Made by a program: the position numbers and the translations under genes. This document shows positions 45,946 through 55,306 of a stretch of 64,000 nt of DNA, in pieces; the first letter of the stretch is position 1; each line of letters starts with the position of its first letter. The notes beneath the pieces are model-generated. The model was not told where the DNA came from, made no database searches, and saw nothing but the letters and a program-made list of their open reading frames with translations. Source of the stretch: an uncultured Staphylococcaceae bacterium (lineage in GTDB: Bacteria > Bacillota_I > Bacilli_A > RFN20 > CAG-826); assembly GCA_964392865.1 (NCBI GenBank), contig CAYMRJ010000003.1:24591-88590 (forward strand), given 5' to 3'.

Positions 45946-45988
45946 TATCTTAGCCCGGCTTTTGGCACTGTCAACATATGAGTGCTAA
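45946..45988 (-). promoter_or_regulatory. groES promoter (TTGACA-N17-TAAGAT) overlapped by a CIRCE operator
   Basis: The CIRCE-like element is TTGGCACTG-N9-GAGTGCTAA at 45962-45988 (consensus TTAGCACTC-N9-GAGTGCTAA, with 2 mismatches in one arm). The -35 lies at 45969-45974 and the -10 at 45946-45951 on the minus strand. Confidence 0.75.
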
Positions 45989-46010
45989 AAAGTTAAGAAA
46001 AGATTTTCAG

Positions 46011-46037
46011 TCGAAAATGAAACGGCGAACCGTTTCA
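46011..46037 (-). terminator. intrinsic terminator after the SHOCT-domain gene
   Basis: The minus strand reads TGAAACGG-ttcg-CCGTTTCA followed by TTTT. The stem includes the stop codon. Confidence 0.55.
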
Positions 46038-46766
46038 TTCCCCGAGGAGTTTCTTTTTCTTGGCTTCGAATTCTTCTTCGGTGATGATGCCTTCGTCAAG
46101 GAGGCCCTTCAGGGCCTTGATCTCTTGGATGTAGCCGGAACCGGCCTTTTCTTTCGTATCGTAGCCACCGAGGTTTTCGAGGGCGGCAGCCTTCCTTTCC
46201 TCGGCTTCGATCCGCTTGGCGGCCAGTTCGACGTCGACTTCGCGTTCGCTCTTCGTCAAGAGGATCCTATCGGAAAGGGCCTTATGGACTTCCTTGGCAT
46301 TTCCCAGGAAGCGGACGAAGAAGATGTTGCCGAGGCCCAAGATGTTGAAAAGATGCGGGACCTTGGTCCCGTCGTCGAACTGGATCTTCAGCAAGGTGAT
46401 TCCGAGGATTCCATGTAGATCTATCTGGACGATGGAATCCAACCGATAGGAATAGAGGTTGGCCCCGATGATATGGGCCTTCTTCCCGTAGATTCTCTTA
46501 TCGGAGATCGTCAGATTCGAACGCTTGAGGGACAGCCAGAAAAGAAAGAAGTAGAGGGAAACGAAGAAGAAGCAGATAAGCAGGATGATGCTGCCGACCA
46601 AAGCAAGCATATGGTCATGGTTCAGGCCATAGGCGAGGCAATGCCCACCGGATAGGCCGAAAAGGAGGATCCAGAACCAAAAATAGATGGCGAGGACCAA
46701 AGGCACCTTGAAAGTGCCGACGGCAACCGTCTCTTCGCCTGCCGTTTCCTTTCGAATATCGTTCAT
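46035..46766 (-). CDS. membrane protein with PH-like (bPH) region and C-terminal SHOCT domain
   Basis: 243 aa with two or three TM helices, LTISDKRIYGKK and a coiled segment. The SHOCT-like tail is IKALKGLLDEGIITEEEFEAKKKKLL. Confidence 0.6.
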   Translation of the reverse strand: MNDIRKETAGEETVAVGTFKVPLVLAIYFWFWILLFGLSGGHCLAYGLNHDHMLALVGSIILLICFFFVSLYFFLFWLSLKRSNLTISDKRIYGKKAHIIGANLYSYRLDSIVQIDLHGILGITLLKIQFDDGTKVPHLFNILGLGNIFFVRFLGNAKEVHKALSDRILLTKSEREVDVELAAKRIEAEERKAAALENLGGYDTKEKAGSGYIQEIKALKGLLDEGIITEEEFEAKKKKLLGE

Positions 46767-46792
46767 AGATATATTGCTAAAACCCTAAACGA

Positions 46793-47791
46793 CTAAAGCG
46801 TCGAATCCCTCTTGTCGAAGACGGCGTCGAAGCGGTGGCTCTTTTCGTTGAGTTCCCTGTTGATGAGGTCGATGAGCATGTGCATGGCCCTCTTCCCCAC
46901 TTCCGACATATCGAGCATGAGGTTGCTTAGAGTCGGACGGACGATCTTGGCGTATTTCGTGCCGACGAGCGAAAGGACTTCGACGTCGTCCGGGACCTTG
47001 AGGCCGGAGTCGGTGGCGGCGTTTTCGATGGCGGCGGCGATGGAATCGCGGTAGGCGATGAAGTAGCCGGACCTCTTGTGCTTGAAGTACTCGAGGAAAT
47101 CCACATAGGTGTGGGTATAGGAGTCGTCGCAGTTGATGATGTCGTAGAGGCGCCCGAGGCGGTGATGGGTCTCGAGGAAGACCTTTTCGCACCTGGAGAG
47201 CAAGCGCCCGGCGTCATGGACGTGGACGAAGACCATGTCCTTGTGGTTTTCCTTTTCGTAATGGTCTTCGATGAGGGTCCTGAGCGGCTCTTGGTAATTG
47301 AGGGTGACCGAGCCCACGCGCTCGCCCAATACATTGTTGTTGATGACGATGGTCGGGACGCTATAGGAGTTGATCTTGATGATGTCTTCGACATCTAGCT
47401 CATCATCAAAGATGATGGCCCCGTCGACGTGGGTCGTGATGACCTTTTCGATGACGGAAATGGCCTCTTCCCTTGAGTGGGAAGTGGCGAAGAGAGTCAA
47501 AACGAAGCCTTTTTCCTTGGCGACATCGGTGATGCCGTTGAGGAAGTTGGCGATATAGACGTAATTGGCGCTCGGGATGACGATCCCGATGTTGGTCGTC
47601 CGGTTGGTGGCCAAGGCCTGGGCGAGGCCCGAGGGCTTGTAGCCGAGCTTCTCGATCGTCCTTTCGACCTTTTCGCGGGTGGCGGCGGTCACGTTGCCTT
47701 GCTTGTTGATGACACGGCTGACGGTGGCCAAAGAGACCCCGGCGGCCTGGGCGACTTGGTAGATGGTGACGCGCTCTTTGATATTGTCCAT
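46793..47791 (-). CDS. LacI family transcriptional regulator
   Basis: The ATG at 47791 has GGAGG 8 nt upstream. The N-terminal HTH is VTIYQVAQAAGVSLATVSRVIN, followed by a periplasmic-binding-protein-like fold. Confidence 0.88.
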   Translation of the reverse strand: MDNIKERVTIYQVAQAAGVSLATVSRVINKQGNVTAATREKVERTIEKLGYKPSGLAQALATNRTTNIGIVIPSANYVYIANFLNGITDVAKEKGFVLTLFATSHSREEAISVIEKVITTHVDGAIIFDDELDVEDIIKINSYSVPTIVINNNVLGERVGSVTLNYQEPLRTLIEDHYEKENHKDMVFVHVHDAGRLLSRCEKVFLETHHRLGRLYDIINCDDSYTHTYVDFLEYFKHKRSGYFIAYRDSIAAAIENAATDSGLKVPDDVEVLSLVGTKYAKIVRPTLSNLMLDMSEVGKRAMHMLIDLINRELNEKSHRFDAVFDKRDSTL

Positions 47792-47811
47792 CGGAGATAC
47801 CTCCAAGCGTT

Positions 47812-47839
47812 ACTATATGACAAGCATGAAAATTTTCAA
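47812..47839 (-). promoter_or_regulatory. candidate lacI-family gene promoter TTGAAA-N16-TATAGT
   Basis: Hexamers read on the minus strand. Confidence 0.5.
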
Positions 47840-47880
47840 GCGACATTAGGAAAAATACTTGAAAGCCTAGTATTAATCGA

Positions 47881-47918
47881 ATGAAAACAAATGAAAACGC
47901 TTAGTGCTTTTTAGCGTT
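47881..47918 (-). terminator. candidate terminator closing the long glgC-to-pncB gene array
   Basis: The minus strand reads AACGCT-N11-AGCGTT and spans the pncB stop. It is followed by the U-rich TTTCATTTGTTTTCATT. Confidence 0.4.
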
Positions 47919-49010
47919 CAGCACGACTTTTTCGAGTCTGGGATTATCGATTTCCCGGCGTCCTTCCTTGGCTTCGGGAACCCCATCCACGGAGACGAGA
48001 TCGCCGGTGAATCCGAGGGTGTTGTTGGCAATCAAGGAAGTGCCGACCCCATAGGTATTCACAGGCACGCCGAGGCGGGTCCATTCTTCGATCTTCTCGG
48101 CCGTGAAGCCGCTGCTCACGGTGATGCGGACCTTGGTGGCCCCGGCCTCGTCCAAGGCTTTGCGCAAGGCATAGATTAATTCCTTGCAGACGCCGTGGGG
48201 ATCGAAACCGGAAGTGTCCTTGTCGTCGAAGTAATGGTCGATTAAAGCTTTAGATGTATCCACGCGCACACCCGTAAGGACATCGCCAAGCTCTTTATAG
48301 AGCATGACCGAATCGCGGACGACGTTGTTATGGTAGTCGATGAGGGCCGTAACCCCGGTTTCGGGGTAGCGTTCATGGTAAAGGCGGCAGGCTTTGACGA
48401 TATCGCCGTGGCAGATCTCGATGAGGGCGTGGGGCATGGTGCCCATGCCTTTGATTCCGACCCACTCCCCTTGAGCATCGGTCGAATATTTTTTGATGCC
48501 GGCGACATAGGTGGCATAGCCATCGCCGGATTGGGTCAGATAGTCGTCCTGGCGGTCGGCCATCGAGAAGCAATCGGTTCCTCTGAGGGCTTTTACGACT
48601 TCGGCGACATTCGTTGCGACGCTCGAACGGCGCGTGAGGATGCCGTCGATGAGCGATTCGAGATATCCGAAGTCTTCGTAGCGTCCTTTTACCTTGAGGA
48701 CCGGTTCGTTGGCATTGACTATGTCCCCGTCATTTAGGGCATAGACTTCGAGATCTTCCGGACGGTCGGCGAATTCCTGAAGGACGGCAATAGCCTCGTC
48801 GATCCCGCAGACCGTGGCTCCGTCTTTCCTCTGAAACCATTGCTCGGTCACGACATGGCCGGGCATGAGGTCGCGGACGATTTCGCGCGCTTTGATAAAA
48901 TAATTGGCGCTGAAATAGCCTTCGCCGATCCGTTGGTCAAATTTGAAGGTTTTATTAGATAACCTTTTGATTAAACCTTTTTCCTTAAGGACGATTTCTT
49001 TTTCTTCCAT
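47901..49010 (-). CDS. pncB: nicotinate phosphoribosyltransferase (short, type II PRTase-fold form)
   Basis: 369 aa. By eye it resembles the archaeal/Firmicute short NaPRTase family (FSANYFIKAREI, GTMPHALIE, VRVDTS, SSGF). Confidence 0.65.
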   Translation of the reverse strand: MEEKEIVLKEKGLIKRLSNKTFKFDQRIGEGYFSANYFIKAREIVRDLMPGHVVTEQWFQRKDGATVCGIDEAIAVLQEFADRPEDLEVYALNDGDIVNANEPVLKVKGRYEDFGYLESLIDGILTRRSSVATNVAEVVKALRGTDCFSMADRQDDYLTQSGDGYATYVAGIKKYSTDAQGEWVGIKGMGTMPHALIEICHGDIVKACRLYHERYPETGVTALIDYHNNVVRDSVMLYKELGDVLTGVRVDTSKALIDHYFDDKDTSGFDPHGVCKELIYALRKALDEAGATKVRITVSSGFTAEKIEEWTRLGVPVNTYGVGTSLIANNTLGFTGDLVSVDGVPEAKEGRREIDNPRLEKVVLNAKKH

Positions 49011-49013
49011 GGC

Positions 49014-49484
49014 TTATAGGGGATAAACCCTTCCCTCGCTATCGACGTTCTTGATCTTCTCTTTCTTGGAGAGTTCCCCATCCTCGGCAATTCCGCCGAT
49101 CGGGAGATAGGCGACCTTGCTACCCACGGTTAAGCCTTTGAGTCCGGTGACCACACTGGCCCCGTTATCCAACTCGATGATGCTCAAAGAGGCATCGAGA
49201 GGATGCTCGGCAATGGTCTTGATGGTGGCTTCGACGGTCTTTGAACCTTCGTCTTCCTCTAGAAGCTCGGGTTCGCCCGCTTCCTTAAGAGCAGCATTGA
49301 TGGCCGTAAAAGGATCGCCGCCCTTATATCCAAATAGGTTATAGCCGATTGTCGCCTCGCCTTTCTTGAGAATGGCTAGGTTCCCTTTCTTGATAACGCA
49401 ATCAGGTTCTTCCTCGGGTGCGATGACGCAGCAAAGGACATCGCCGAGAGTTTCATTCGCGAACAGGCGGAACTTATTTCCCAT
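49014..49484 (-). CDS. YtpR-like tRNA-binding-domain protein
   Basis: 156 aa. The C-terminal half (EHPLDASLSIIELDNGASVVTGLKGLTVGSKVAYLPIGG) resembles the tRNA_bind/EMAP OB fold. Confidence 0.55.
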   Translation of the reverse strand: MGNKFRLFANETLGDVLCCVIAPEEEPDCVIKKGNLAILKKGEATIGYNLFGYKGGDPFTAINAALKEAGEPELLEEDEGSKTVEATIKTIAEHPLDASLSIIELDNGASVVTGLKGLTVGSKVAYLPIGGIAEDGELSKKEKIKNVDSEGRVYPL

Positions 49485-50106
49485 TGTCTTTCCTCTTAAG
49501 GATCAGCCGATATATCGGCAGGCCTTCGGCCCGCTTTTTATTTTCGTACTCGGTTGGAGCGTCCTCAATGTCATCGCCGAGGTAGTTCTCCGTTTGATAC
49601 CGAACTTCCAATAATTCAGTCGGATAGTTTTCGAGGGCCTCCAGATAGAAATCCTGGCTATCGGTTTTGAGACGGATCTCTCCTCCGATCTCCAGAAGCT
49701 TTGCCATCGCCTCAAGCCTCGAGGGGGCGCATAGCCTTCTGGGCCCATGTTTCTTCTTAGGCCAAGGATCCGGAAAATTTAAGAAAACGTACCGAATAGA
49801 ATTAGGCTCTATTTTCTCTTGGGCAAAATCAAAATCCCCATTGACCAGATAGGCGCCTTTCCGCCCTTCTTCAATATAGGTTCTAGCCAAGGTCGCGGCC
49901 GTGCTGAGATCCCTTTCGAGGCAAAGATATGTGCCCCCGAGCTTCTCGGACATGGCCCGCATGAAAACGCCTTTCCCGGCTCCGATTTCGAGATAAAGGG
50001 GCTTCGGCCCTTCTTTCACGACATCGAAAAAGCCATCCATCGAAAGGCAGAACTCCGGATGGCTAGAAAGATAAGGCTCGGCCCACTTCTTCCGGCGGCT
50101 GCGCAA
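49474..50106 (-). CDS. trmB: tRNA (guanine46-N7)-methyltransferase
   Basis: 210 aa with LEIGAGKG and FNFPDPWPKKKH-type motifs (here LNFPDPWPKKKH). Confidence 0.9.
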   Translation of the reverse strand: MRSRRKKWAEPYLSSHPEFCLSMDGFFDVVKEGPKPLYLEIGAGKGVFMRAMSEKLGGTYLCLERDLSTAATLARTYIEEGRKGAYLVNGDFDFAQEKIEPNSIRYVFLNFPDPWPKKKHGPRRLCAPSRLEAMAKLLEIGGEIRLKTDSQDFYLEALENYPTELLEVRYQTENYLGDDIEDAPTEYENKKRAEGLPIYRLILKRKDNGK

Positions 50107-51465
50107 TTAGCTTAGTCTCCCGAGGGCATCTACCGCGTGGGCATAGATATGGATCTGTTTGTAGAGATCCTTGATGTAGATGTATTCGTTGGCCATGTGG
50201 ATATCGCCCTCGTGGCCTTTGAAAGCGGAGCCGAAGCCCACGCAGTTATTGGCTTCCTTGGCATAGGTGCCGCCGCCCATGGCGATGGGCTTCGAACGGA
50301 AATCGTGCGTTTCCTTCCGATAGACCTCCATGAGGGTCTTCACCAACGGGGAATCCTTCTTGAAATAGAGAAACGGGGTGATCCCGGAGGTTTGGAGTTT
50401 CATCCCGGTCTTCTCTTCGAAGGCCTTGGCATTCTTCTCGGGTTCGCCCGTTTCGCCATAGCGGTGGTCGATCGAGAACTTCAGGGTCTTCCCGTCGTAA
50501 GAGACGATCCCGTAGTTATAAGTGGTGCTGCCGAGTTCGGGGCTATTCTGATAGCCGCCGAAGTTCTTGCCGCTCCAATCCTTGAGCAAGGTATGTAAGA
50601 GCGAAAGGAAGGAAATCCCGTAATGCTCGCCGAGGCACTTGAAGGCGATGAGGGCGGCATTCACGCCTTCGCCGGGAAGCGAGCCATGGGCCGACTTCCC
50701 TTTGAAATTGATATGGTATTCGGCGCCTTCGCCGGCTTCGGCGAAGTCGATTCCATTTTTCTTTAGGTATTCGATGAAAGCTTTATCTTCAGGAAGGTAG
50801 ACATCGAGGGAATCGCAGACGGCATTGGGAGCCGATCCGCCTTCCATCTTCGTAATGGGAGAGAGATCGACCTCTTTGCTGGCCCAAGCATCCCTCAGCA
50901 TGCCCTTTTCGGCATAGACGAGCGGGAAATCGGAGTCCGGCGTGAAGGCATAATCGGCTTGGGGCTTCTTGAGCGTTCCGAAGTAATGCTCGAGGCACTG
51001 GCAGCCGCTTTCTTCGTTGCCGCCGGCGACGATCCTGACGCGATAGCCGCGGATGAGCCCGGCATCCTTCAAAGCCTTGACCCCATAAAGGGCGGCGATG
51101 AGGGGCCCTTTGTCGTCGCTGGTGCCGCGGGCATACATCTTCTTGCCGCGGATCGAAGGCTCGAAAGGCGGAGTCACCCAATCCCCGGTCGCCGGAACGA
51201 CGTCGGCATGGGCATAGATCCCGATGAGGGGCCCTTCGTCCCCGTAGGTCAATTCGGTGCAATAGCCGTCGCACTTATCGACGGCAAAGCCCATCTCGGT
51301 CCCGAGGGCGGCGATATAGTCGAGGGCCTTCTTGACCCCGGCCCCAAAGGGGGCGCCTTTTTCGACGGTCGAGGCGTCATAGACGCTATCGATGCTGACG
51401 AAGCGGGCCAAGGCGAGCTTGGCGGCTTCCTGGTATTGCTTGCTGAGCTTACGGTAATTAGGCAT
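50107..51465 (-). CDS. pepV: M20-family dipeptidase (PepV-like)
   Basis: 452 aa with YAHADVVPATGDW, ARGTSDDKGP and GGNEESG. Confidence 0.85.
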   Translation of the reverse strand: MPNYRKLSKQYQEAAKLALARFVSIDSVYDASTVEKGAPFGAGVKKALDYIAALGTEMGFAVDKCDGYCTELTYGDEGPLIGIYAHADVVPATGDWVTPPFEPSIRGKKMYARGTSDDKGPLIAALYGVKALKDAGLIRGYRVRIVAGGNEESGCQCLEHYFGTLKKPQADYAFTPDSDFPLVYAEKGMLRDAWASKEVDLSPITKMEGGSAPNAVCDSLDVYLPEDKAFIEYLKKNGIDFAEAGEGAEYHINFKGKSAHGSLPGEGVNAALIAFKCLGEHYGISFLSLLHTLLKDWSGKNFGGYQNSPELGSTTYNYGIVSYDGKTLKFSIDHRYGETGEPEKNAKAFEEKTGMKLQTSGITPFLYFKKDSPLVKTLMEVYRKETHDFRSKPIAMGGGTYAKEANNCVGFGSAFKGHEGDIHMANEYIYIKDLYKQIHIYAHAVDALGRLS

Positions 51466-52171
51466 TGCTCTTTCCTTCCAATTTTCTAGCGTATCCGGGC
51501 AGGGTCTTATAGAGGAGCGCCCCGAGGGCCGGGACGATGATTCCGGCCAGGATTCCTTCGCCGGCCATCCCGATGGCGATGAGCCCTGCGAAGGCGATGA
51601 TGATCCCTTCGGCGACTTCGGTCCCGGAGGCGAAGAAAGATATTACATCTCCGTAGGAGAAAATAAACAGGAAGCCGAAGACGAGGACGGTATGGAGGAC
51701 CGTCAGCAAAAAGCACCAAAGGGGAAGCAAGGCCTTCTTGGCGTTGCTATCGGCTTTCTTCCGATAGAGTTCGAAGAAAAGGCCGGCCAGATAGCCGAAG
51801 ATCATCCTCGATGGAATCGAGTTATAAGGGAAAATGAAGAGGGCATTGAGGCCGCTGGGCGAAGTCATGGAAACGAGCATCGAGGTAACCCCGAAGACGG
51901 TACCGAGCAATAAGCCCTTCCTCCTTCCTCCGACATAGGCACCCAAGAGAACCGGTATATGGATGAGGGTGAAGGTAATGCCCGGAAGGACCGTGATGTA
52001 GCCGATCTGGGTAAAGGCCAATAAGACGACGATGGCGATTAGCAAAGCGTCGAAGGTCATGTTGGCGACGTCGTAATGGAACTTCGTCCCCTTTTCCTTC
52101 CTCCTCATCGCAAGGATGACGATCAAGAGGATCAGGGCGACGACAAGGGCGATCCAAGTAGTAGCGCTCAT
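51458..52171 (-). CDS. ECF transporter S component (possibly pantothenate-specific, PanT-like)
   Basis: 237 aa with 6-7 TM helices. It overlaps coaX by 4 nt. The substrate is inferred only from the neighbouring gene. Confidence 0.55.
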   Translation of the reverse strand: MSATTWIALVVALILLIVILAMRRKEKGTKFHYDVANMTFDALLIAIVVLLAFTQIGYITVLPGITFTLIHIPVLLGAYVGGRRKGLLLGTVFGVTSMLVSMTSPSGLNALFIFPYNSIPSRMIFGYLAGLFFELYRKKADSNAKKALLPLWCFLLTVLHTVLVFGFLFIFSYGDVISFFASGTEVAEGIIIAFAGLIAIGMAGEGILAGIIVPALGALLYKTLPGYARKLEGKSNA

Positions 52172-52908
52172 AGGTTTCCTTTCGAAATATCCAATAAGCC
52201 GTAAAGGCTAAGATAGGGTTCATGGACAAAGCCATCGAGGAGAGACGTGACGGCAGAAGCGTTGCCTCCCGTAAGGATTTTGCGGGGTTTTTGCGATAGA
52301 AGCCTCTCGTAATCCCGGCAGAAACCCTCTATTTCGTACTTCCTTCCATAGAGGAATCCAGCATTGATGCAGTCCTTGGTATTCTTCCCTAGAGGCGAAG
52401 GCGGCATCGCGAAGACATCTTCGCTGATGGCATCGGCTCCCATGGCCAAGGCGCGGCTAGATATAGCCAAACCCGTATCGATGGCAAGGCCGGCCAAGGC
52501 CCCGCCTTCATCGACCAAGATGTATTTGTCAGCGGTGCCCAAATCGGCAATGAAACAAGGGGCGCCGTAGCGCCTCAAGGCTCCGCGGACATCGGCCATG
52601 ATGTCGCTGCCGACTTCGTGGTAGTCATCGACCTTGTCTATGATGATCCCCTCTTCCCCTTGGGTGATGATGCGGAAGTTTTCTCCGACCGTATTTTCGA
52701 GATAATGGGCGATATCGTCCTTCATACCGGATATGACCAAAGAGACGATGGTCTTATCGGGCTTATGCCCGGCAAGAGCCTCGGCGATCTTCTTCTCGCC
52801 GTCCTTCCATACGTCCCCGGTCGGGAAAACGCTGAAGCGGATAAGCTCATCCCCTTCGAACAGCCCGAACTTCGCGGACGTATTGCCGATATCGATGGCC
52901 AAAAGCAT
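52168..52908 (-). CDS. coaX: type III pantothenate kinase
   Basis: 246 aa with MLLAIDIGNTSAKFGLF and DLGTADK motifs. Confidence 0.88.
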   Translation of the reverse strand: MLLAIDIGNTSAKFGLFEGDELIRFSVFPTGDVWKDGEKKIAEALAGHKPDKTIVSLVISGMKDDIAHYLENTVGENFRIITQGEEGIIIDKVDDYHEVGSDIMADVRGALRRYGAPCFIADLGTADKYILVDEGGALAGLAIDTGLAISSRALAMGADAISEDVFAMPPSPLGKNTKDCINAGFLYGRKYEIEGFCRDYERLLSQKPRKILTGGNASAVTSLLDGFVHEPYLSLYGLLDISKGNL

Positions 52909-52911
52909 TTG

Positions 52912-55305
52912 TCAGACGATGATGTTGAGGATCTTCCCGGGCACGTAGATGACCTTGCGGATATCCCCGGCGATGTACTTGGCGACTTTTTCGGAAGCCT
53001 TGGCGGCGGCGAGGGCTTCTTCTTGGGTCGCGTTCTTGGAAATCTTGAGGACGTCCCTTCCCTTGCCGTTCACGGCGACCGAGATGGTGACCTCGTCCAA
53101 GACGATCTTGGTAGGATCGTAGGCCGGCCACTCTTCGTAATCGAAGCCCTGCTTCCCGGTGAGCATTTCGAAGAGCTCTTCCCCGACGAAGGGGCAAAGG
53201 CAGCCGAACATCTTCACGAAGCCGATGAGGTAGGGCTTATAGAGGGACTTGGCCTTATAGCATTCGTTCACGAAGACCATCATCTGGGCGATGGCCGTGT
53301 TGAAGGAAAGTGACTCATAGTCTTCGCTGACCTTCTTGACCGTGAAGTGGTAGATGTAATCGAGTTCGCCCGTATTCTCGTCGCTCAAAGAATCGAGATT
53401 GTTCTCGATGAGGCGATAGACGCGCTCGATGAAGCGGCGCGAGCCTTCGAGCCCGGTCGTGGTCCAAGGCTTCGAATCGGCCAAGGGGCCGGCGAACATC
53501 TCATAGAGGCGGAGGCTATCGGCCCCGTATTCCCGGACGATGTCATCGGGATTGACGACGTTGCCCCGGGCCTTGCTCATCTTCTCGCCGTTGCTACCGA
53601 GGATCATCCCCTGGTGGTAGAGGCGCTTGAAAGGCTCATCGACATCGGTGACGCCGATATCGTGGAGGAACTTCGTGTAGAAGCGGGCGTAGAGCAAATG
53701 GAGAACGGCATGCTCGTTCCCGCCGATATAAAGGTCGACGGGGAGCCAGTGGTCCAAGAGCTTCTTATCGGCCAGGCAATCGGGGTTACGCGGATCGATG
53801 TAGCGCATGAAGTACCAAGAAGAACCGGCCCATTGCGGCATCGTATTGGTCTCGCGGATGGCCTTCTCTCCGTCGATGGTCGTTTCTAGCCAAGACTTCG
53901 GAGCCTTCGAAAGCGGAGGCTTGCCGTCGCGGCTCGGCTGGTAGTCATCCATCTCCGGCAAGACGATCGGGAGTTCTTCTTCGGGAACGGCGACTTCCTT
54001 CCCGTCCAGGGTCTGGGCGACCGGGATCGGCTCGCCCCAGTAGCGCTGCCTCGAGAAGACCCAGTCGCGGAGCTTAAAGTTGATCTTCTCTCTCCCCGTG
54101 CCGAGCTTGACCAGTTTCTTGGTGATGACGGCCTTGGCTTCATCGATATAGAGGCCATCGGCGTCTTCTGAATTTATGTGCTTGGCATCGTCGACCATGG
54201 CCGTCTCGCTGATATCGCCTTCGAGGACCTGGATCATATCGAGGCCGTGCTTCTTGGCGAAGGCATAGTCGCGCTCATCGTGGGCCGGGACGGCCATGAC
54301 GGCGCCGGAGCCATAGGCTCCGAGAACGTAATCGGCGACATAGATGGGGATTTCCTTCCCGTTGATGGGATTGATGGCGGTCGCCCCGAGATAGACGCCG
54401 GTCTTTTCTTTTTCTAATGAGGTACGGGTCAGATCGCTCTTGCGGCTGGCCGCTTCGACGTAGGCTTTGACGGCTTCCTTCTGTTCTTCGCCGACGAGTT
54501 CCTCGACAAGGGGATGCTCCGGAGCGAGGCAGCAATAGGTACAGCCGTAAAGGGTATCGACCCTTGTGGTATAGACGGTGAACTTCTTATCTGTCCCTTT
54601 GACTTGGAAATCGATTTCGACGCCGTGGGACTCGCCGATCCAGTTCTTCTGCATCTCGATGGTCGATTTGGGCCAATCGAGGCCTTCCAAACCCTTTTCG
54701 AGACGGTCGGCATAGCGCGTGATCCTCAGGATCCACTGGCGCATCGGGATCCTCTTGACCGGATAGCCGCCTCTTTCCGATTTCCCGTCGATGACTTCTT
54801 CGTTGGCCAAGACGGTTCCGAGTTCCTCACAGTAGTTGACGGGGATGTCGGCGACGTAGGCGAGATCGTTTTGAAACATCTTCACGAAGATCCATTGGGT
54901 CCACTTGTAGTAGTCGCTATCGATGGTGGCGAATTCCTTGTCCCAGTCGTAGGAAAGGCCGAGGGAGTTTATCTGATCCTTGAAGTGGGCGATGTTTTCC
55001 CGCGTGAAGGCTTCGGGATGGACGTTATTCTTGATGGCGAACTGCTCGGCCGGGAGGCCGAAGGCGTCCCAGCCCATCGGGTGGAGGACGTTATAGCCTT
55101 CCATCCTCTTCTTGCGGGCGATTATATCGCTGGCCGTATAGCCTTCCGGGTGCCCGACATGGAGACCTTGCCCCGAGGGATAGGGAAACATATCGAGGAC
55201 GTAGTACTTGGGCTTGCTGAAATCCTTCGTATCGCAATAGAAGGTCTTCTCCTCCTCGTAAAACTTCCGCCACTTGGGCTCGATTTTCCTATGGTCGTAA
55301 GGCAT
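52912..55305 (-). CDS. leuS: leucine--tRNA ligase
   Basis: The ATG at 55305 gives MPYDHRKIEPKWRKFYEE. HVGH (LHVGHPEGY) and KMSKARGN motifs are present. The ORF-track extension to 55527 overlaps glgA. Confidence 0.96.
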   Translation of the reverse strand: MPYDHRKIEPKWRKFYEEEKTFYCDTKDFSKPKYYVLDMFPYPSGQGLHVGHPEGYTASDIIARKKRMEGYNVLHPMGWDAFGLPAEQFAIKNNVHPEAFTRENIAHFKDQINSLGLSYDWDKEFATIDSDYYKWTQWIFVKMFQNDLAYVADIPVNYCEELGTVLANEEVIDGKSERGGYPVKRIPMRQWILRITRYADRLEKGLEGLDWPKSTIEMQKNWIGESHGVEIDFQVKGTDKKFTVYTTRVDTLYGCTYCCLAPEHPLVEELVGEEQKEAVKAYVEAASRKSDLTRTSLEKEKTGVYLGATAINPINGKEIPIYVADYVLGAYGSGAVMAVPAHDERDYAFAKKHGLDMIQVLEGDISETAMVDDAKHINSEDADGLYIDEAKAVITKKLVKLGTGREKINFKLRDWVFSRQRYWGEPIPVAQTLDGKEVAVPEEELPIVLPEMDDYQPSRDGKPPLSKAPKSWLETTIDGEKAIRETNTMPQWAGSSWYFMRYIDPRNPDCLADKKLLDHWLPVDLYIGGNEHAVLHLLYARFYTKFLHDIGVTDVDEPFKRLYHQGMILGSNGEKMSKARGNVVNPDDIVREYGADSLRLYEMFAGPLADSKPWTTTGLEGSRRFIERVYRLIENNLDSLSDENTGELDYIYHFTVKKVSEDYESLSFNTAIAQMMVFVNECYKAKSLYKPYLIGFVKMFGCLCPFVGEELFEMLTGKQGFDYEEWPAYDPTKIVLDEVTISVAVNGKGRDVLKISKNATQEEALAAAKASEKVAKYIAGDIRKVIYVPGKILNIIV

Positions 55306-55306
55306 A

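Noticed and set aside
47881-47901. Direct repeat ATGAAAAC x2 and a cre/LacI-operator-like TGAAAACGCTTAGT at the pncB 3' end.
   Set aside because: It has one mismatch to the cre consensus at a key position and weak dyad symmetry. Its position between a stop codon and the next promoter is better explained as the U-rich tail of a terminator on the minus strand.
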